The position numbers were made by a program, and so were the translations under genes. 64,000 bases of DNA from Patescibacteria group bacterium (GTDB lineage Bacteria; Patescibacteriota; Minisyncoccia; Minisyncoccales; CAZWNE01), in the NCBI GenBank assembly GCA_038078735.1, contig JBBTTI010000003.1:8538-72537 (forward strand), read 5' to 3'. Positions 10,291 through 20,055 of this stretch are shown here, piece after piece; position 1 is the stretch's first letter; each line of letters opens with the position of its first letter. The notes below the pieces were generated by a model that saw only the letters and a list, made by a program, of their open reading frames with translations, was not told where the DNA came from and did not search any database.

Positions 10291-10545
10291 ATGGCAAAAT
10301 CTAACTCTGCGTTCATGAAGCCGATGAAAATCAGCTCCGAGTTGGCTGAAGTCGTCGGCAAAGGGCCCATGCCCAGATCCGAAGTTGTTAAAAAACTTTG
10401 GGTATATATCAAAAAGAATGCGCTTCAAAATCCCAAGAACAAAAGAAATATACTGGCTGATGCAAAATTGAAGGCGGTATTCAGCGGTAAGGGCGAGGTT
10501 TCGATGTTTGAAATGACCAAGCTTGTTTCAAAACACTTGTCTTAA
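10291..10545 (+). CDS. Stand-alone SWIB/MDM2 domain protein
   Basis: FMKP..IS.ELAEVVG..PMPRSEVVKKLWVYIKKN.LQ.P.NKR.I.AD.KL. Confidence 0.9.
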   Translation: MAKSNSAFMKPMKISSELAEVVGKGPMPRSEVVKKLWVYIKKNALQNPKNKRNILADAKLKAVFSGKGEVSMFEMTKLVSKHLS

Positions 10546-10556
10546 GTTAAGAATAA

Positions 10557-10601
10557 GAAAGAGCGGATCTACACATGGTGTGCAGAACCGCTCTTTTTTT
10601 T
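10557..10601 (+). terminator. Bidirectional intrinsic terminator
   Basis: AAAGAGCGG...CCGCTCTTTTTTTT between convergent genes. Confidence 0.75.
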
Positions 10602-10637
10602 GCGTTAAAAGGGTAAGACGTCAGTCGTCAATAATCA

Positions 10638-11387
10638 TTAATGAACTTTGGCGAGACCAGTTCCTCCCCTAAGATTCGCACCCCCAGTCTTGCAGTAGCC
10701 CTCGATAACTCCGCAGGCATTATTGAAAAGATCCACATTAAAGCCCGATCCATAGGTTTTAGCCATCTCAAGAGAAATATCCCAAGTTTTTATTTGGCCA
10801 TTCTTGAGGAGCTGCTCCAGCACCGTTTTTTTGCAAATAGTATCCATCTGCATCTCGACCCAGGGAGGGCAATAGGGATCCAATCGTTTCTTATACTCTG
10901 CCAGCTTTATCTTGAGTTGGTTTTGACGTTTCTTATCTTCAGGCAAAACAAGAACCGGTGATTCCTTCTCTTTTTCGAGCCTTTCGATGATATTCTGGAG
11001 ATCACCCCGTAAACCTTCTACTATTCTTTCGGGTTTCAGAAAATCTTTAATGATTTCGGGAAGAACCCAGTTTTTTGACTCTTCGCCAGGTTTTGGATTG
11101 GCATCTTTTACGTGAATACGAAAACGTGGACTATCATTAATGCCAATCACGACACCGTCCCATTTGTCTTTCTCTTCCTGGGTAAGTTCCCGGGTCGTAG
11201 CCTTGGGGAATTTAACATTGATGAAGCCGAATCCTTCAACCCAGTTCCCGATGTAATTTTCATCGTCTTCCCCATGGATACTACACAGGTTGGGAGTCTT
11301 GCTACTAATGTCTCCGAGCAGGTGTATAGCTTTTGTTGCCATCATGTAGCGATGCGGTATGTCCTTCCATTTTTTCTCCTCTGCCAT
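10638..11387 (-). CDS. Hypothetical protein (cassette-type)
   Basis: 249-aa ORF, SD AAGGAGG, upstream TTGACA promoter at 11480-11508. Confidence 0.7.
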   Translation of the reverse strand: MAEEKKWKDIPHRYMMATKAIHLLGDISSKTPNLCSIHGEDDENYIGNWVEGFGFINVKFPKATTRELTQEEKDKWDGVVIGINDSPRFRIHVKDANPKPGEESKNWVLPEIIKDFLKPERIVEGLRGDLQNIIERLEKEKESPVLVLPEDKKRQNQLKIKLAEYKKRLDPYCPPWVEMQMDTICKKTVLEQLLKNGQIKTWDISLEMAKTYGSGFNVDLFNNACGVIEGYCKTGGANLRGGTGLAKVH

Positions 11388-11596
11388 TTTGTTTCCCTCC
11401 TTTTTTTATTTATATTAAATCCTATATTAAATGGTTTTATTCAAACCCATCTCTTTTTTAAGTTACGATCTAATAAAAAACAATATCATATTTTTGTAAT
11501 ATTGTCAATGATTTTAGGTAATGTATACAGACATATTGCACTTTTGTAGGTAATCTGGTGGCATATGAAAACTATGCCAAAATCCACAAAAGTGGT

Positions 11597-11619
11597 TGTT
11601 AGACATTGAATGTCTAACA
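11597..11619. repeat. 23-bp palindrome family TGTTAG-N11-CTAACA (representative perfect copy)
   Basis: TGTTAGACATTGAATGTCTAACA; related copies at 37, 5620, 5745, 5938, 27597, 35689, 36102, 48339, 49008, 55249, 55650. Confidence 0.92.
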
Positions 11620-11645
11620 TCCTAATTGTGTCGGGGGGAATGTTT

Positions 11646-13097
11646 TTATTTATCTAAATCAATAATTTCGTCTATCCTTATCTGTTTTACAAACTCCGGA
11701 ATGTGGCTGACTAAAATCATCGCTCCCTCATATTTATTTAAAGCGGCGGCGATAATCGGCAAATGGCGAAAATTAATGTGATTAGTCGGCTCATCCAGAA
11801 TAAGAAGCCCCGGTTTTTGCATCACTATTCTGGCAAAAGACACCAATCCTTTTTGCCCCTCGGATAAACTGCCGATTTTGGAATAAATTAAATCGCCAGT
11901 TATCAAAAAACTTGCGGCCAAAGAACGGAGACTCTCTTCGGAAAAATTTTCAGCCACCGAACTGAGAGAGTGGTAAACTGTGTCATCAAAATTAAGAGTG
12001 GAAAAATCTTGGCGGTAATATCCGACCCTAACATCCGGAGAGATTTTAGCGCCCTTGGCTTTGCCCGAGGCCAAGGATTCAAGCAGCGTGGTCTTGCCGA
12101 TGCCATTGGGCCCAACAAGAAGCAAACGCTCTTTCTTTTTTAAAGAAATACTGACCTCTCGGCGCACTGATTTATAATTTTTCATAACAGAGAAAGAGGT
12201 AATGCTTAAAATTTCTCCGACAATATCCTGCTGAGAAGGAATAATAAATGGCCTGATTGTTTTATCTTCTTTTCTGACTTCAACTTTTTCTTCTTCCATT
12301 GTCTCGGCTTTCTGCCGCATTTTTTTCGCCAAAAATCTCAATTGCCCCCCTTTATGGGCAAAATAATTTGCCTTATCTTTTTTCTCTTGGATTTGTTTTG
12401 CCAACTGGGCGTTTTTTCTGTTTTCTCTTTCTATTCTGGCCTCAATTTCAACCAATAAATCAAAATAATTTCCGATGTACTGCTCAACCTTGCGGGTAAA
12501 TACATCCAAATACAAAACGCCGTGGGTAAACGCATTTAAAAAATTAGTGTCATGAGAAATGACAATGCAGGTTTTTTTATAACCAATGAGGAATTGCGTC
12601 AGCGACGCAATTCCTTCTTTATCAAGGTTATTAGTCGGCTCGTCTAAAAGCAGTATATCGGGATCTTGAATAATAGCCGAAGCCAATAAAAGCCGGGCTT
12701 GCTGACCGCCGGAAAATGATTTGATAATTTTGTCCTTATCGGCAGTAAGATTAACTATTTTAAGGACTTCGTCAATTTTCGGATCAATATCGTATACTTT
12801 TTCCTTAAAACAATTCTGAAAAAATTCTCGGAGAGTTAAATGAAGCGAATCCCGGGGAATTACCTGCTTTGCTTCGGCGACCGTAATTCCGACACCGATA
12901 TTGATCGCTCCGGAGTCGGGTTTAATGGCTCCCGTAATAAGATTAAAAATCGTGCTTTTTCCGGCGCCGTTCTGGCCCATCAAAGTTATTTTTGATCCTT
13001 GCCTGACGGAAAAATCAACCTCATCTAATATGGGTTTATTGCGCCCGTAGGCGAAAGACACTTCACTGAATCTTAATATTTTTTCTCCGTAATTCAT
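11646..13097 (-). CDS. ABC-F family ATP-binding protein
   Basis: Two ABC domains (GQNGAGKS, FSGGQ, LLLDEPTN; GPNGIGKT, LSEGQ, LILDEPTN), no TM segments. Confidence 0.9.
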   Translation of the reverse strand: MNYGEKILRFSEVSFAYGRNKPILDEVDFSVRQGSKITLMGQNGAGKSTIFNLITGAIKPDSGAINIGVGITVAEAKQVIPRDSLHLTLREFFQNCFKEKVYDIDPKIDEVLKIVNLTADKDKIIKSFSGGQQARLLLASAIIQDPDILLLDEPTNNLDKEGIASLTQFLIGYKKTCIVISHDTNFLNAFTHGVLYLDVFTRKVEQYIGNYFDLLVEIEARIERENRKNAQLAKQIQEKKDKANYFAHKGGQLRFLAKKMRQKAETMEEEKVEVRKEDKTIRPFIIPSQQDIVGEILSITSFSVMKNYKSVRREVSISLKKKERLLLVGPNGIGKTTLLESLASGKAKGAKISPDVRVGYYRQDFSTLNFDDTVYHSLSSVAENFSEESLRSLAASFLITGDLIYSKIGSLSEGQKGLVSFARIVMQKPGLLILDEPTNHINFRHLPIIAAALNKYEGAMILVSHIPEFVKQIRIDEIIDLDK

Positions 13098-13118
13098 GAT
13101 TAATTACCTTTAACGCAT

Positions 13119-13487
13119 TTAAAAGAATAAGCGAATCGCAAAGAAGCTAAGTATTACGCCCAAAATAGATGTAAAGATATCGTCTAACGAAATACCTTTA
13201 TCTAAAAATTCTTTCCCTCCAGCCAAAATAGCGCCGGCAATCAAAGCTGATGTCAATGAAAAATCATTAGAAGCATTTAGGAAATATTTGTAAAAAGAAA
13301 ATATAATTATTGCGAACAAAATAATTATTCCAACTTTAAAAAAATGATGATACAGACGACCCCACTTGAAGAAAAAATTTATTGGCGATGTTTTTTCGTG
13401 GATATAGCGGTCGGGATCTCTTTTCAAAAACAACCACCCGCCAGCGGCAATTAGAATTAAAATAATTGTTGCTATCCAAATTAACAT
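13119..13487 (-). CDS. Hypothetical membrane protein
   Basis: Several hydrophobic segments; KE.LD...D motif. Confidence 0.65.
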   Translation of the reverse strand: MLIWIATIILILIAAGGWLFLKRDPDRYIHEKTSPINFFFKWGRLYHHFFKVGIIILFAIIIFSFYKYFLNASNDFSLTSALIAGAILAGGKEFLDKGISLDDIFTSILGVILSFFAIRLFF

Positions 13488-13699
13488 AAATTATTAATTA
13501 AAGCTAATTTCTTTTTTCAAGATTATTTGTGCAACCGATATAAAAAGATCCATCGGCACATTCTAAAAGATAAGTGTAAAACATAATCAATGCCTTTCGT
13601 CGTCCCTTATATTACTCGGGACTCCTCAGGGACTTCTTCTTTTTTATATATGGGCCGGAGGCACTGATGAGCCTCCGTCACAAAGGAGGCGAAGAAGTG

Positions 13700-13771
13700 C
13701 TGCCGGGCTAGGAGTCGAACCTAGAATATACGGCTTCAAAGGCCGTTGTCCTACCATTAGACGACCCGGCA
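13700..13771 (-). tRNA. tRNA-Gln(TTG)
   Basis: TGCCGGGTCGTCTAATGGTAGGAC...CTTTGAA...GGTTCGACTCC...CCCGGCAG cloverleaf. Confidence 0.93.
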
Positions 13772-13774
13772 AAA

Positions 13775-14026
13775 TTAATTATTTTTTCTTAATTCTGTTT
13801 TTTCTCTCGAACCAATTTCTTTTGATTTTAACTGCCATTCCCGCCACATTGCTTCCTTACGACTTCCAAATTCCTCTGACTTGATAAGTATAAACGGTTT
13901 GCGATGTTTTGTAGATTTAACCTTTCCAGAATTATGGGCATTTATTCTATTTTTAAGATTAGAGGTGTATCCAGTATAAAAATTCCCATCTTTTAAACTT
14001 TTCAAAATATATACGTAATAAGCCAT
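13775..14026 (-). CDS. Small GIY-YIG nuclease
   Basis: YYVYILKS...FYTGYT.NL..R...HN.G...STK.RKP...E...SR.EA..RE..LK. Confidence 0.92.
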   Translation of the reverse strand: MAYYVYILKSLKDGNFYTGYTSNLKNRINAHNSGKVKSTKHRKPFILIKSEEFGSRKEAMWREWQLKSKEIGSREKTELRKNN

Positions 14027-14050
14027 AGGTTTAGGTCTACGATCCGTAGG

Positions 14051-14090
14051 GTCCTACCATTAGCCTACGGCCCGTAGGGACGATCCCGCA
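14051..14090 (-). pseudogene. tRNA-Gln 5' fragment interrupted by a 16-nt palindrome
   Basis: TGCGGGATCGT[CCCTACGGGCCGTAGG]CTAATGGTAGGAC matches the 5' arm of the tRNA at 13700-13771. Confidence 0.75.
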
Positions 14091-14094
14091 ATGG

Positions 14095-15192
14095 CTAATT
14101 TATACCACAGACTTCAATAATCGCCAACTCTAAGGGCAACTGGGGAATCGGCGAATATTTCATTTTATTTTGGGCTTCAAGAAAAAGGTTTAATATATTT
14201 TGAATTTGCGTTTCGCTGAAGATTGCCGCTTGAGATTTAATTCTTTCAAATTCTTCTTTGGTCAAACCGACAACAAGCGAACTGCTTATTTTTGACAGCA
14301 TAACCTGCCTTAAATAATTAATCAAAGCTTTGGCAAATTCCTGAAAATCTAATCCCTTGTCCCCCGCTTCGTTTAAAAAATCAATGGCTTCTTTCGGTTT
14401 TTTCTGAGCCAAAAAATCGCAAAACTGGGCGATCAGTTCTGTTTCCACTAACCCCAAAATTTCTTTAATATCCTGCGCCTTGAGCTCCCTGCCCAAATCC
14501 CCGGCAAAAGTTATTGTTTGGTCTAGCAGGCTTAAGGCGTCGCGGATAGCTCCGGCCGAATTCAAGGCAATTAATTCTAAAGCCGCTTTCTCTATTTTTA
14601 TTTTCTCTTTTCCGGAAACTATTTCCAGCGATTCTATAATTTCCGGCACCGTCAATTTTCTAAAATCAAACCGCTGGCAACGGGAAATAATTGTCGGAAT
14701 CATTTTATGGATTTCGGTGGTGGCTAAAATAAAAATAGCGTGAGAAGGCGGCTCCTCTAGGGTTTTTAAAAGAGCGTTGGAGGCCTCTTTCGTCAGCTGA
14801 TGCGACTCATCAAAAATAAAAACTTTATATTTTGATTTTGTCGGGACAAATTTTATTCCTTCTTTCAATTCTTTTATTTCGTCTATACCCCGATTGGAGG
14901 CGGCGTCAATTTCAATTATATCCATCGCATTCCCCTGATTAATCTCTAGACAAGAAGGACATTTATTGCATGGTTCTGCTTCGCCTTCTTTTCTATTTTG
15001 ACAATTTAAGGCTTTAGCCAAAAGCCGGGCAATAGTAGTTTTGCCCGAACCGCGGGGACCGTCAAATAAATAAGCGTGGGAAATCAGATTAGCCGAAAGA
15101 GCGTTGGTTAAAGTTTTAACCACGTGCTCCTGGCCGATTACTTCGGCAAAAGTCTGAGGCCTATATTTTCTATATAAAACTAAATTTGCCAT
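14095..15192 (-). CDS. dnaX: DNA polymerase III gamma/tau (short form)
   Basis: LYRKYRPQTF, GPRGSGKTT, EIDAASNRG, NALLKTLEEPP, TIISRCQ. Confidence 0.95.
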   Translation of the reverse strand: MANLVLYRKYRPQTFAEVIGQEHVVKTLTNALSANLISHAYLFDGPRGSGKTTIARLLAKALNCQNRKEGEAEPCNKCPSCLEINQGNAMDIIEIDAASNRGIDEIKELKEGIKFVPTKSKYKVFIFDESHQLTKEASNALLKTLEEPPSHAIFILATTEIHKMIPTIISRCQRFDFRKLTVPEIIESLEIVSGKEKIKIEKAALELIALNSAGAIRDALSLLDQTITFAGDLGRELKAQDIKEILGLVETELIAQFCDFLAQKKPKEAIDFLNEAGDKGLDFQEFAKALINYLRQVMLSKISSSLVVGLTKEEFERIKSQAAIFSETQIQNILNLFLEAQNKMKYSPIPQLPLELAIIEVCGIN

Positions 15193-15618
15193 CTATTTCT
15201 TAAAGACTATAAACTTGTAGCCGATAAAGTTCCAAGCCATAGCCGCAAACGTGGCGGCCAAGGCGCCGGCGTTGGCCCAAATCTTGGCTGAAATGCCGAG
15301 GGAAGCAAACGGATTACCTATAAAATTTACGACTAAAGAAGCTACTCCGACATTAATTCCAAAACCAATTAAACTGACTATAAAAAATTGTAAAAATTTT
15401 CTGCCGGTACCTTTGAAAGTCCAGAGTTTATTCAGAAAATAAGAATTAATCACCGCAACCGTAAAAGATATCCCCTTAAAAATAGAATACCCCGAACCAG
15501 ACACAATCCCTGTTATAAAAATAAGCAAATTCAAAACCCCTAAATCAATAAGAGTGTTCAAACCGCCGACTAAAACAAATTTAACGGCTTGCCGAATGAC
15601 GATGGGTAAGTTTTGCAT
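15193..15618 (-). CDS. GtrA-family membrane protein
   Basis: KFVLVGGLNTLID, NSYFLNKLWTF, WNFIGYKFIVF. Confidence 0.88.
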   Translation of the reverse strand: MQNLPIVIRQAVKFVLVGGLNTLIDLGVLNLLIFITGIVSGSGYSIFKGISFTVAVINSYFLNKLWTFKGTGRKFLQFFIVSLIGFGINVGVASLVVNFIGNPFASLGISAKIWANAGALAATFAAMAWNFIGYKFIVFKK

Positions 15619-16207
15619 ATAGATAATAACCGACTATTAAAATTATTAATACTAATATAACCCAATCAAGTTTTCGGAAATAAACTTCCAAATTTTTCCA
15701 ATTTTCTCCGGCGATAAGCCCCGAATAAGTTAAAAGGATAGACCAGGGCAAAGAGCCTAAAAACGTGTAAAGGCAAAATTTAAAAAGGGGCATTCGGGCA
15801 ATTCCGGCCGGCAGAGAAATAAAGGTTCTGACGACTGGTAATAATCTGGAGAAAAATATGCTGGCTGATCCATATTTATTAAACCATTTTTCAGCTCTTT
15901 CCACATCATCCGGCGACACTAAAATATATTTTCCGTATTTTAGAACCAATGCCCTGCCGCCATATCTTCCGATAAAATAAGCGATTAAGGAGCCTGCCAA
16001 ATTTCCGATAGTGCCCCAAAGAATTACCGGCCACCAAGAAAATTTTTCATCCCAGACCAAAAAACCGGAAAACGGCATAATAATTTCCGAAGGAATCGGA
16101 ATCAAAGCGCTTTCCAAAGCCATTAGAATAAATATTCCCCAATACCCCGCGCCGGAAATAAAACTGACAATCCAATTACTTAAAAAAGCCAGTAAATCGT
16201 AAACCAT
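15581..16207 (-). CDS. DedA-family membrane protein
   Basis: LESALIPIPSEIIMPFSG, SRLLPVVRTFISLPAG. Confidence 0.92.
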   Translation of the reverse strand: MVYDLLAFLSNWIVSFISGAGYWGIFILMALESALIPIPSEIIMPFSGFLVWDEKFSWWPVILWGTIGNLAGSLIAYFIGRYGGRALVLKYGKYILVSPDDVERAEKWFNKYGSASIFFSRLLPVVRTFISLPAGIARMPLFKFCLYTFLGSLPWSILLTYSGLIAGENWKNLEVYFRKLDWVILVLIILIVGYYLYAKLTHRHSASR

Positions 16208-16252
16208 TTAAAAATTTTACCACAAATTCCCAAAAAGTGCTAAAATAAAAAA

Positions 16253-17686
16253 ATGCTTAAACTTTATAATACTTTATCGCGAAAAAAGGAAATATTGAGA
16301 CCCTTCGCTAAGGCTCAGGGCGAAAAACTAAAGTTTTTCATCTGCGGGCCGACGGTTTATGATTTTTCTCACTTAGGCCACGCCAGAACCTATATTGCTT
16401 TTGATATGATCGTGAAATATCTAAGGCAAAAAGGATATGATGTTTTTTATCTGCAAAACATAACTGATCTTGATGACAAAATCATAAAACGTGCGGAGGA
16501 AAAAAATATTACGCCCCAAAAGTTAGCCAGAGATTTTGAGAAAGAATATTTAAAAGATATTAAGGCCCTTAAAATAACCAGCGTTTCAAAATACGCCAGA
16601 GCCACGGATTATATTAAGGAAATTATCAGTCAGACAGAACGACTTTTGAAAAAGGGTTTTGCCTATCAAATAGAAGACGGAATTTATTTTGATATTTTAA
16701 AATTTAAAGATTACGGCAAACTTTCACGGAGAACGGTTCTCCGGGCCGAAGACGGAGTTTCTCGGATTGATGAAAGTGTTAAAAAAATAAATAAAGGCGA
16801 CTTCTGCTTGTGGAAATTTTCAAAACCAGAAGAACCAACATGGACTAGTCCGTGGGGTCAAGGCCGGCCCGGGTGGCATATTGAAGATACGGCCATTACG
16901 GAAAAGTTCTTTGGATCGCAATACGATATTCACGGCGGCGCCAGAGATCTGATATTTCCCCATCATGAAGCGGAAATATCCCAAATGGAAGCGATTTCCG
17001 GTAAAAAACCTTTGGTAAAATATTGGCTTCATACCGGATTTTTAACCGTCGATGGCCAGAAAATGTCAAAATCACTGGGGAATTTCATTACTATCCAAGA
17101 TTTTCTCAAAAATCACTCGCCCCGCTTACTCCGATTTTTAGTCATAAAAAGCCACTATCGATCTCCGATTGATTATAGTGAGAAAGTTATTTCTCAAACT
17201 AAAAAAGAATTGGAACGGATAGATGAATTTATTGATAAACTATTGAGGCCGAACCTCCATAGTTTAAAATCGGGGAGGTTCGGCCTCTTAAAATTCAAGA
17301 ACGCTTTTGATAACGCTATGAATGATGATTTTAATACGTCAAAGGCAATAGCTGTAATTTTTAATTTGATTAATAAAGGAAACGCTATAATTGCCCAAAA
17401 TAAATTATCTTCTAGCGATGCTAAAAATATTTTAGGCTTTTTAAAAATAATTGATAAATTCTTTGGTTTTATCTTTTGGCAGAAATCCGAAAATAAGCAA
17501 CCTCAGAGGTTGCTTAGCCTAGTTAAGCAACGGCAAAAATATCGGGAACAGGACAATTGGCAAAAAGCTGACGAGATGAGAGAGGAAATTAAAAAACTAG
17601 GATATTCAATAGAAGACACAAGTAAAGGACCAGTAATTAAAAGAAGCTTAGCTTCTCACTTAGAAGCTAAGCTTCTAAGTACCTAA
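16253..17686 (+). CDS. cysS: Cysteine--tRNA ligase
   Basis: CGPTVYD..HLGHAR, GRPGWHIE, DLIFPHHE, KMSKS. Confidence 0.96.
   Translation: MLKLYNTLSRKKEILRPFAKAQGEKLKFFICGPTVYDFSHLGHARTYIAFDMIVKYLRQKGYDVFYLQNITDLDDKIIKRAEEKNITPQKLARDFEKEYLKDIKALKITSVSKYARATDYIKEIISQTERLLKKGFAYQIEDGIYFDILKFKDYGKLSRRTVLRAEDGVSRIDESVKKINKGDFCLWKFSKPEEPTWTSPWGQGRPGWHIEDTAITEKFFGSQYDIHGGARDLIFPHHEAEISQMEAISGKKPLVKYWLHTGFLTVDGQKMSKSLGNFITIQDFLKNHSPRLLRFLVIKSHYRSPIDYSEKVISQTKKELERIDEFIDKLLRPNLHSLKSGRFGLLKFKNAFDNAMNDDFNTSKAIAVIFNLINKGNAIIAQNKLSSSDAKNILGFLKIIDKFFGFIFWQKSENKQPQRLLSLVKQRQKYREQDNWQKADEMREEIKKLGYSIEDTSKGPVIKRSLASHLEAKLLST
17642..17676. repeat. 35-bp doublet palindrome AGAAGCTTAGCTTCT-CACTT-AGAAGCTAAGCTTCT
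   Basis: Identical copies at 19683-19717 and 33072-33106; variant at 32942-32975. Confidence 0.93.
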
Positions 17687-17743
17687 AAATGCTTGTCAGG
17701 ATTTTTTTTCTGTGGTAATTTGAGATATGGTTAATATCTCAAC

Positions 17744-19099
17744 ATGCCAGAGCAATTAATAGACAAACTTCCTCCTCGATCAATTGAAGCCGAGCAATCG
17801 CTTTTAGGCTCTTTATTGTTGGACAAAGACGCCATAATAAGAGTGGCTGACCTTTTGGCGCCTGACTCTTTTTATCAAAAATCTCATCAGGATATTTACA
17901 GAGTTTGCCGGGAACTTTTTGAAAAAGGAGAGCCGATTGATCTTTTATCAGTTTCCAATCGGTTAAAAGACAAAGGGATTTTAGAGCAAGTCGGCGGCAG
18001 CAGTTATCTTTCTGAACTGATAAATATGGTGGCTACTCCGGCCCATGCCGCAAATTACGGGAAAATTGTTCATCGAAAAAGCATCCTGCGCGACTTAATC
18101 AGCGCTTCTCACGATATCTCAAGATTAGGCTATGACGAAAGCGAAGATATTAATGTTCTTTTGGACAAGGCTGAAAAAAGAATTTTTGGCATCGCCCAAA
18201 GCGGTTTGAGCCAAGATTTTGTGCTGGTCAAAACTACCTTGGAAGACGCTTTCACCAGAATAGATCAGTTATCGCGCGAAGGCGCAGGGCTTCGCGGATT
18301 AGCCACCGGCTTTTCGGCTTTAGATAATATTTTGGCCGGTCTGCAAAAATCCGACTTGATAATTTTAGCCGCCAGGCCTTCTCTTGGAAAATCGGCTTTG
18401 GCTTTGAATTTTGCCCTTAATGTCGCTATCAACGAAAAAATACCCGTTGGAGTTTTCTCTTTGGAAATGTCCAAAGATCAAATTGTTGACAGGCTGATTT
18501 CCTCAATCTCAATGGTAGACTTATGGAAAATAAGAACCGGAAAATTATCCCATGAAGGCGAAGATAATGATTTTACTAAAATTAGGGAAGCGATGTCGGT
18601 TTTATCGGAAGCGCCGCTCTATATTGATGATGCTGCCTCACCGACTATCTTGCAAATGAAAGCCATGTGCCGACGATTGCAGGCTTCAAAAGGACTGGGA
18701 TTAGTTGTTGTTGATTACTTGCAATTAGTTGAACCGTTTAATCCGGATGCTCCGCCTGTTCAACAAGTGACAGAGGCTTCCAGGGCATTAAAAGCTTTAG
18801 CCAGAGAATTAAATATTCCGGTTTTGGTTCTTTCCCAGTTATCAAGAGCCGTTGAGAGCAGATCTCCCCAAATTCCCCGTTTAGCCGACTTAAGGCAATC
18901 AGGCAGTATTGAACAAGACGCGGATGTGGTTATGTTCATTTATCGCGAAGACAGATACCGGCCGGAAACCGAGAAAAAAGGAATTGCTGATATTATCATA
19001 GCTAAACACCGCAACGGTCCGGTTGGCCAAGCAGAAGTTTATTTCGATGAAAGAACAGTCACTTTTAGAAATTTAGAAAAAAGATACTCTGAAGAATAA
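17744..19099 (+). CDS. dnaB: Replicative DNA helicase
   Basis: PP.SIEAEQS.LG, AARPSLGKS, VVDYLQL, LSQLSR, SGSIEQDAD. Confidence 0.97.
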   Translation: MPEQLIDKLPPRSIEAEQSLLGSLLLDKDAIIRVADLLAPDSFYQKSHQDIYRVCRELFEKGEPIDLLSVSNRLKDKGILEQVGGSSYLSELINMVATPAHAANYGKIVHRKSILRDLISASHDISRLGYDESEDINVLLDKAEKRIFGIAQSGLSQDFVLVKTTLEDAFTRIDQLSREGAGLRGLATGFSALDNILAGLQKSDLIILAARPSLGKSALALNFALNVAINEKIPVGVFSLEMSKDQIVDRLISSISMVDLWKIRTGKLSHEGEDNDFTKIREAMSVLSEAPLYIDDAASPTILQMKAMCRRLQASKGLGLVVVDYLQLVEPFNPDAPPVQQVTEASRALKALARELNIPVLVLSQLSRAVESRSPQIPRLADLRQSGSIEQDADVVMFIYREDRYRPETEKKGIADIIIAKHRNGPVGQAEVYFDERTVTFRNLEKRYSEE

Positions 19100-19677
19100 T
19101 GCACTCCCCTACTATTCAAAAATTAATTGATTTGTTTTCCAAATTTCCAACGGTTGGTTCCAGAACAGCCAGCCGTTTTGTTTTTTATTTATTAGGATTA
19201 AAAAAAGAAGAGGTCAGAGAATTGCTGAATAGCATCGCAGATATCCGAAATAAAGTTAAAATCTGCCCTTCTTGTTTTAATCCATTTGAGCCCTTCGACG
19301 CGACTCAGGGTAAATCCGACGTTTGTTTGATTTGTTCTGATCCAAGACGGAATAAATCTCTTCTTTGTGTTGTGGCTAATGAAACCGACTTAGAGGCGAT
19401 TGAAAAAACAAAAAAATATAAAGGTTTTTATTTTATTTTTGAAAAATTAAGGATTAAGGAATTGGAAAAAAAATTAAAAGAACATCCTGAAATTGAAGAA
19501 ATTATCTTGGCTATGAATTCTACCACTGAAGGCGAAGTCGCGACTTTATATTTACAAAGATTATTGGAACCTTTTAAGAAAAAAACAACTCGCCTTGGGC
19601 GAGGTCTGCCAGTCGGCGGTGAATTGGAATATGCCGACGAAGAAACTCTCTCTTCGGCTTTGGAAGGCAGGAAGTAG
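19099..19677 (+). CDS. recR: Recombination mediator RecR
   Basis: FPTVGSRTASR, C4 zinc finger, EIILAMNSTTEGE, GLPVGGELEYAD. Confidence 0.93.
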   Translation: MHSPTIQKLIDLFSKFPTVGSRTASRFVFYLLGLKKEEVRELLNSIADIRNKVKICPSCFNPFEPFDATQGKSDVCLICSDPRRNKSLLCVVANETDLEAIEKTKKYKGFYFIFEKLRIKELEKKLKEHPEIEEIILAMNSTTEGEVATLYLQRLLEPFKKKTTRLGRGLPVGGELEYADEETLSSALEGRK

Positions 19678-19715
19678 TTAAAAGAAGCTTAGCTTCTCAC
19701 TTAGAAGCTAAGCTT

Positions 19716-20033
19716 CTAAGACTTGAGGTCAATGGTTTTAATCTCTACTTCAGTAAATTGCTGACGATGGCCCTTTTTGAGGTGATAGCGTTTTTTGGCT
19801 TTATATTTAAAAATAATTACTTTTTTGGCCTTTCCCTGACTTAGTACTTTTCCCGTCACCTTAGCTCCTTTAACAGTTGGAGATCCGATCTCCAATTTAT
19901 CGTCTTTCTCCAAAAGCAAAACTTCGTCAAAGATAACCTCTTTGCCGTCTTCAATTTCCAGTTTTTCAATTTTAACTTTTTCTCCGGGTTTAACAATATA
20001 TTGCTTTCCCCCGGTTTTAATCACAGCCAACAT
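19716..20033 (-). CDS. rplU: 50S ribosomal protein L21
   Basis: AVIKTGGKQY, KGHRQQFT; start moved to ATG at 20033. Confidence 0.95.
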   Translation of the reverse strand: MLAVIKTGGKQYIVKPGEKVKIEKLEIEDGKEVIFDEVLLLEKDDKLEIGSPTVKGAKVTGKVLSQGKAKKVIIFKYKAKKRYHLKKGHRQQFTEVEIKTIDLKS

Positions 20034-20055
20034 ATTTTCAAATATAGCAAATTGA

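Noticed and set aside
11597-11619. 23-bp palindromes as integron attC sites (arms match GTTRRRY and RYYYAAC)
   Set aside because: The order is the reverse of attC, they are far too short, there are no L boxes, and no tyrosine integrase is in the window
13661-13700. Hammerhead ribozyme (CTGATGA-stem-GAA)
   Set aside because: GAAG instead of GAAA, and no stem III or NUH site; better explained as a hairpin with tandem G.A pairs
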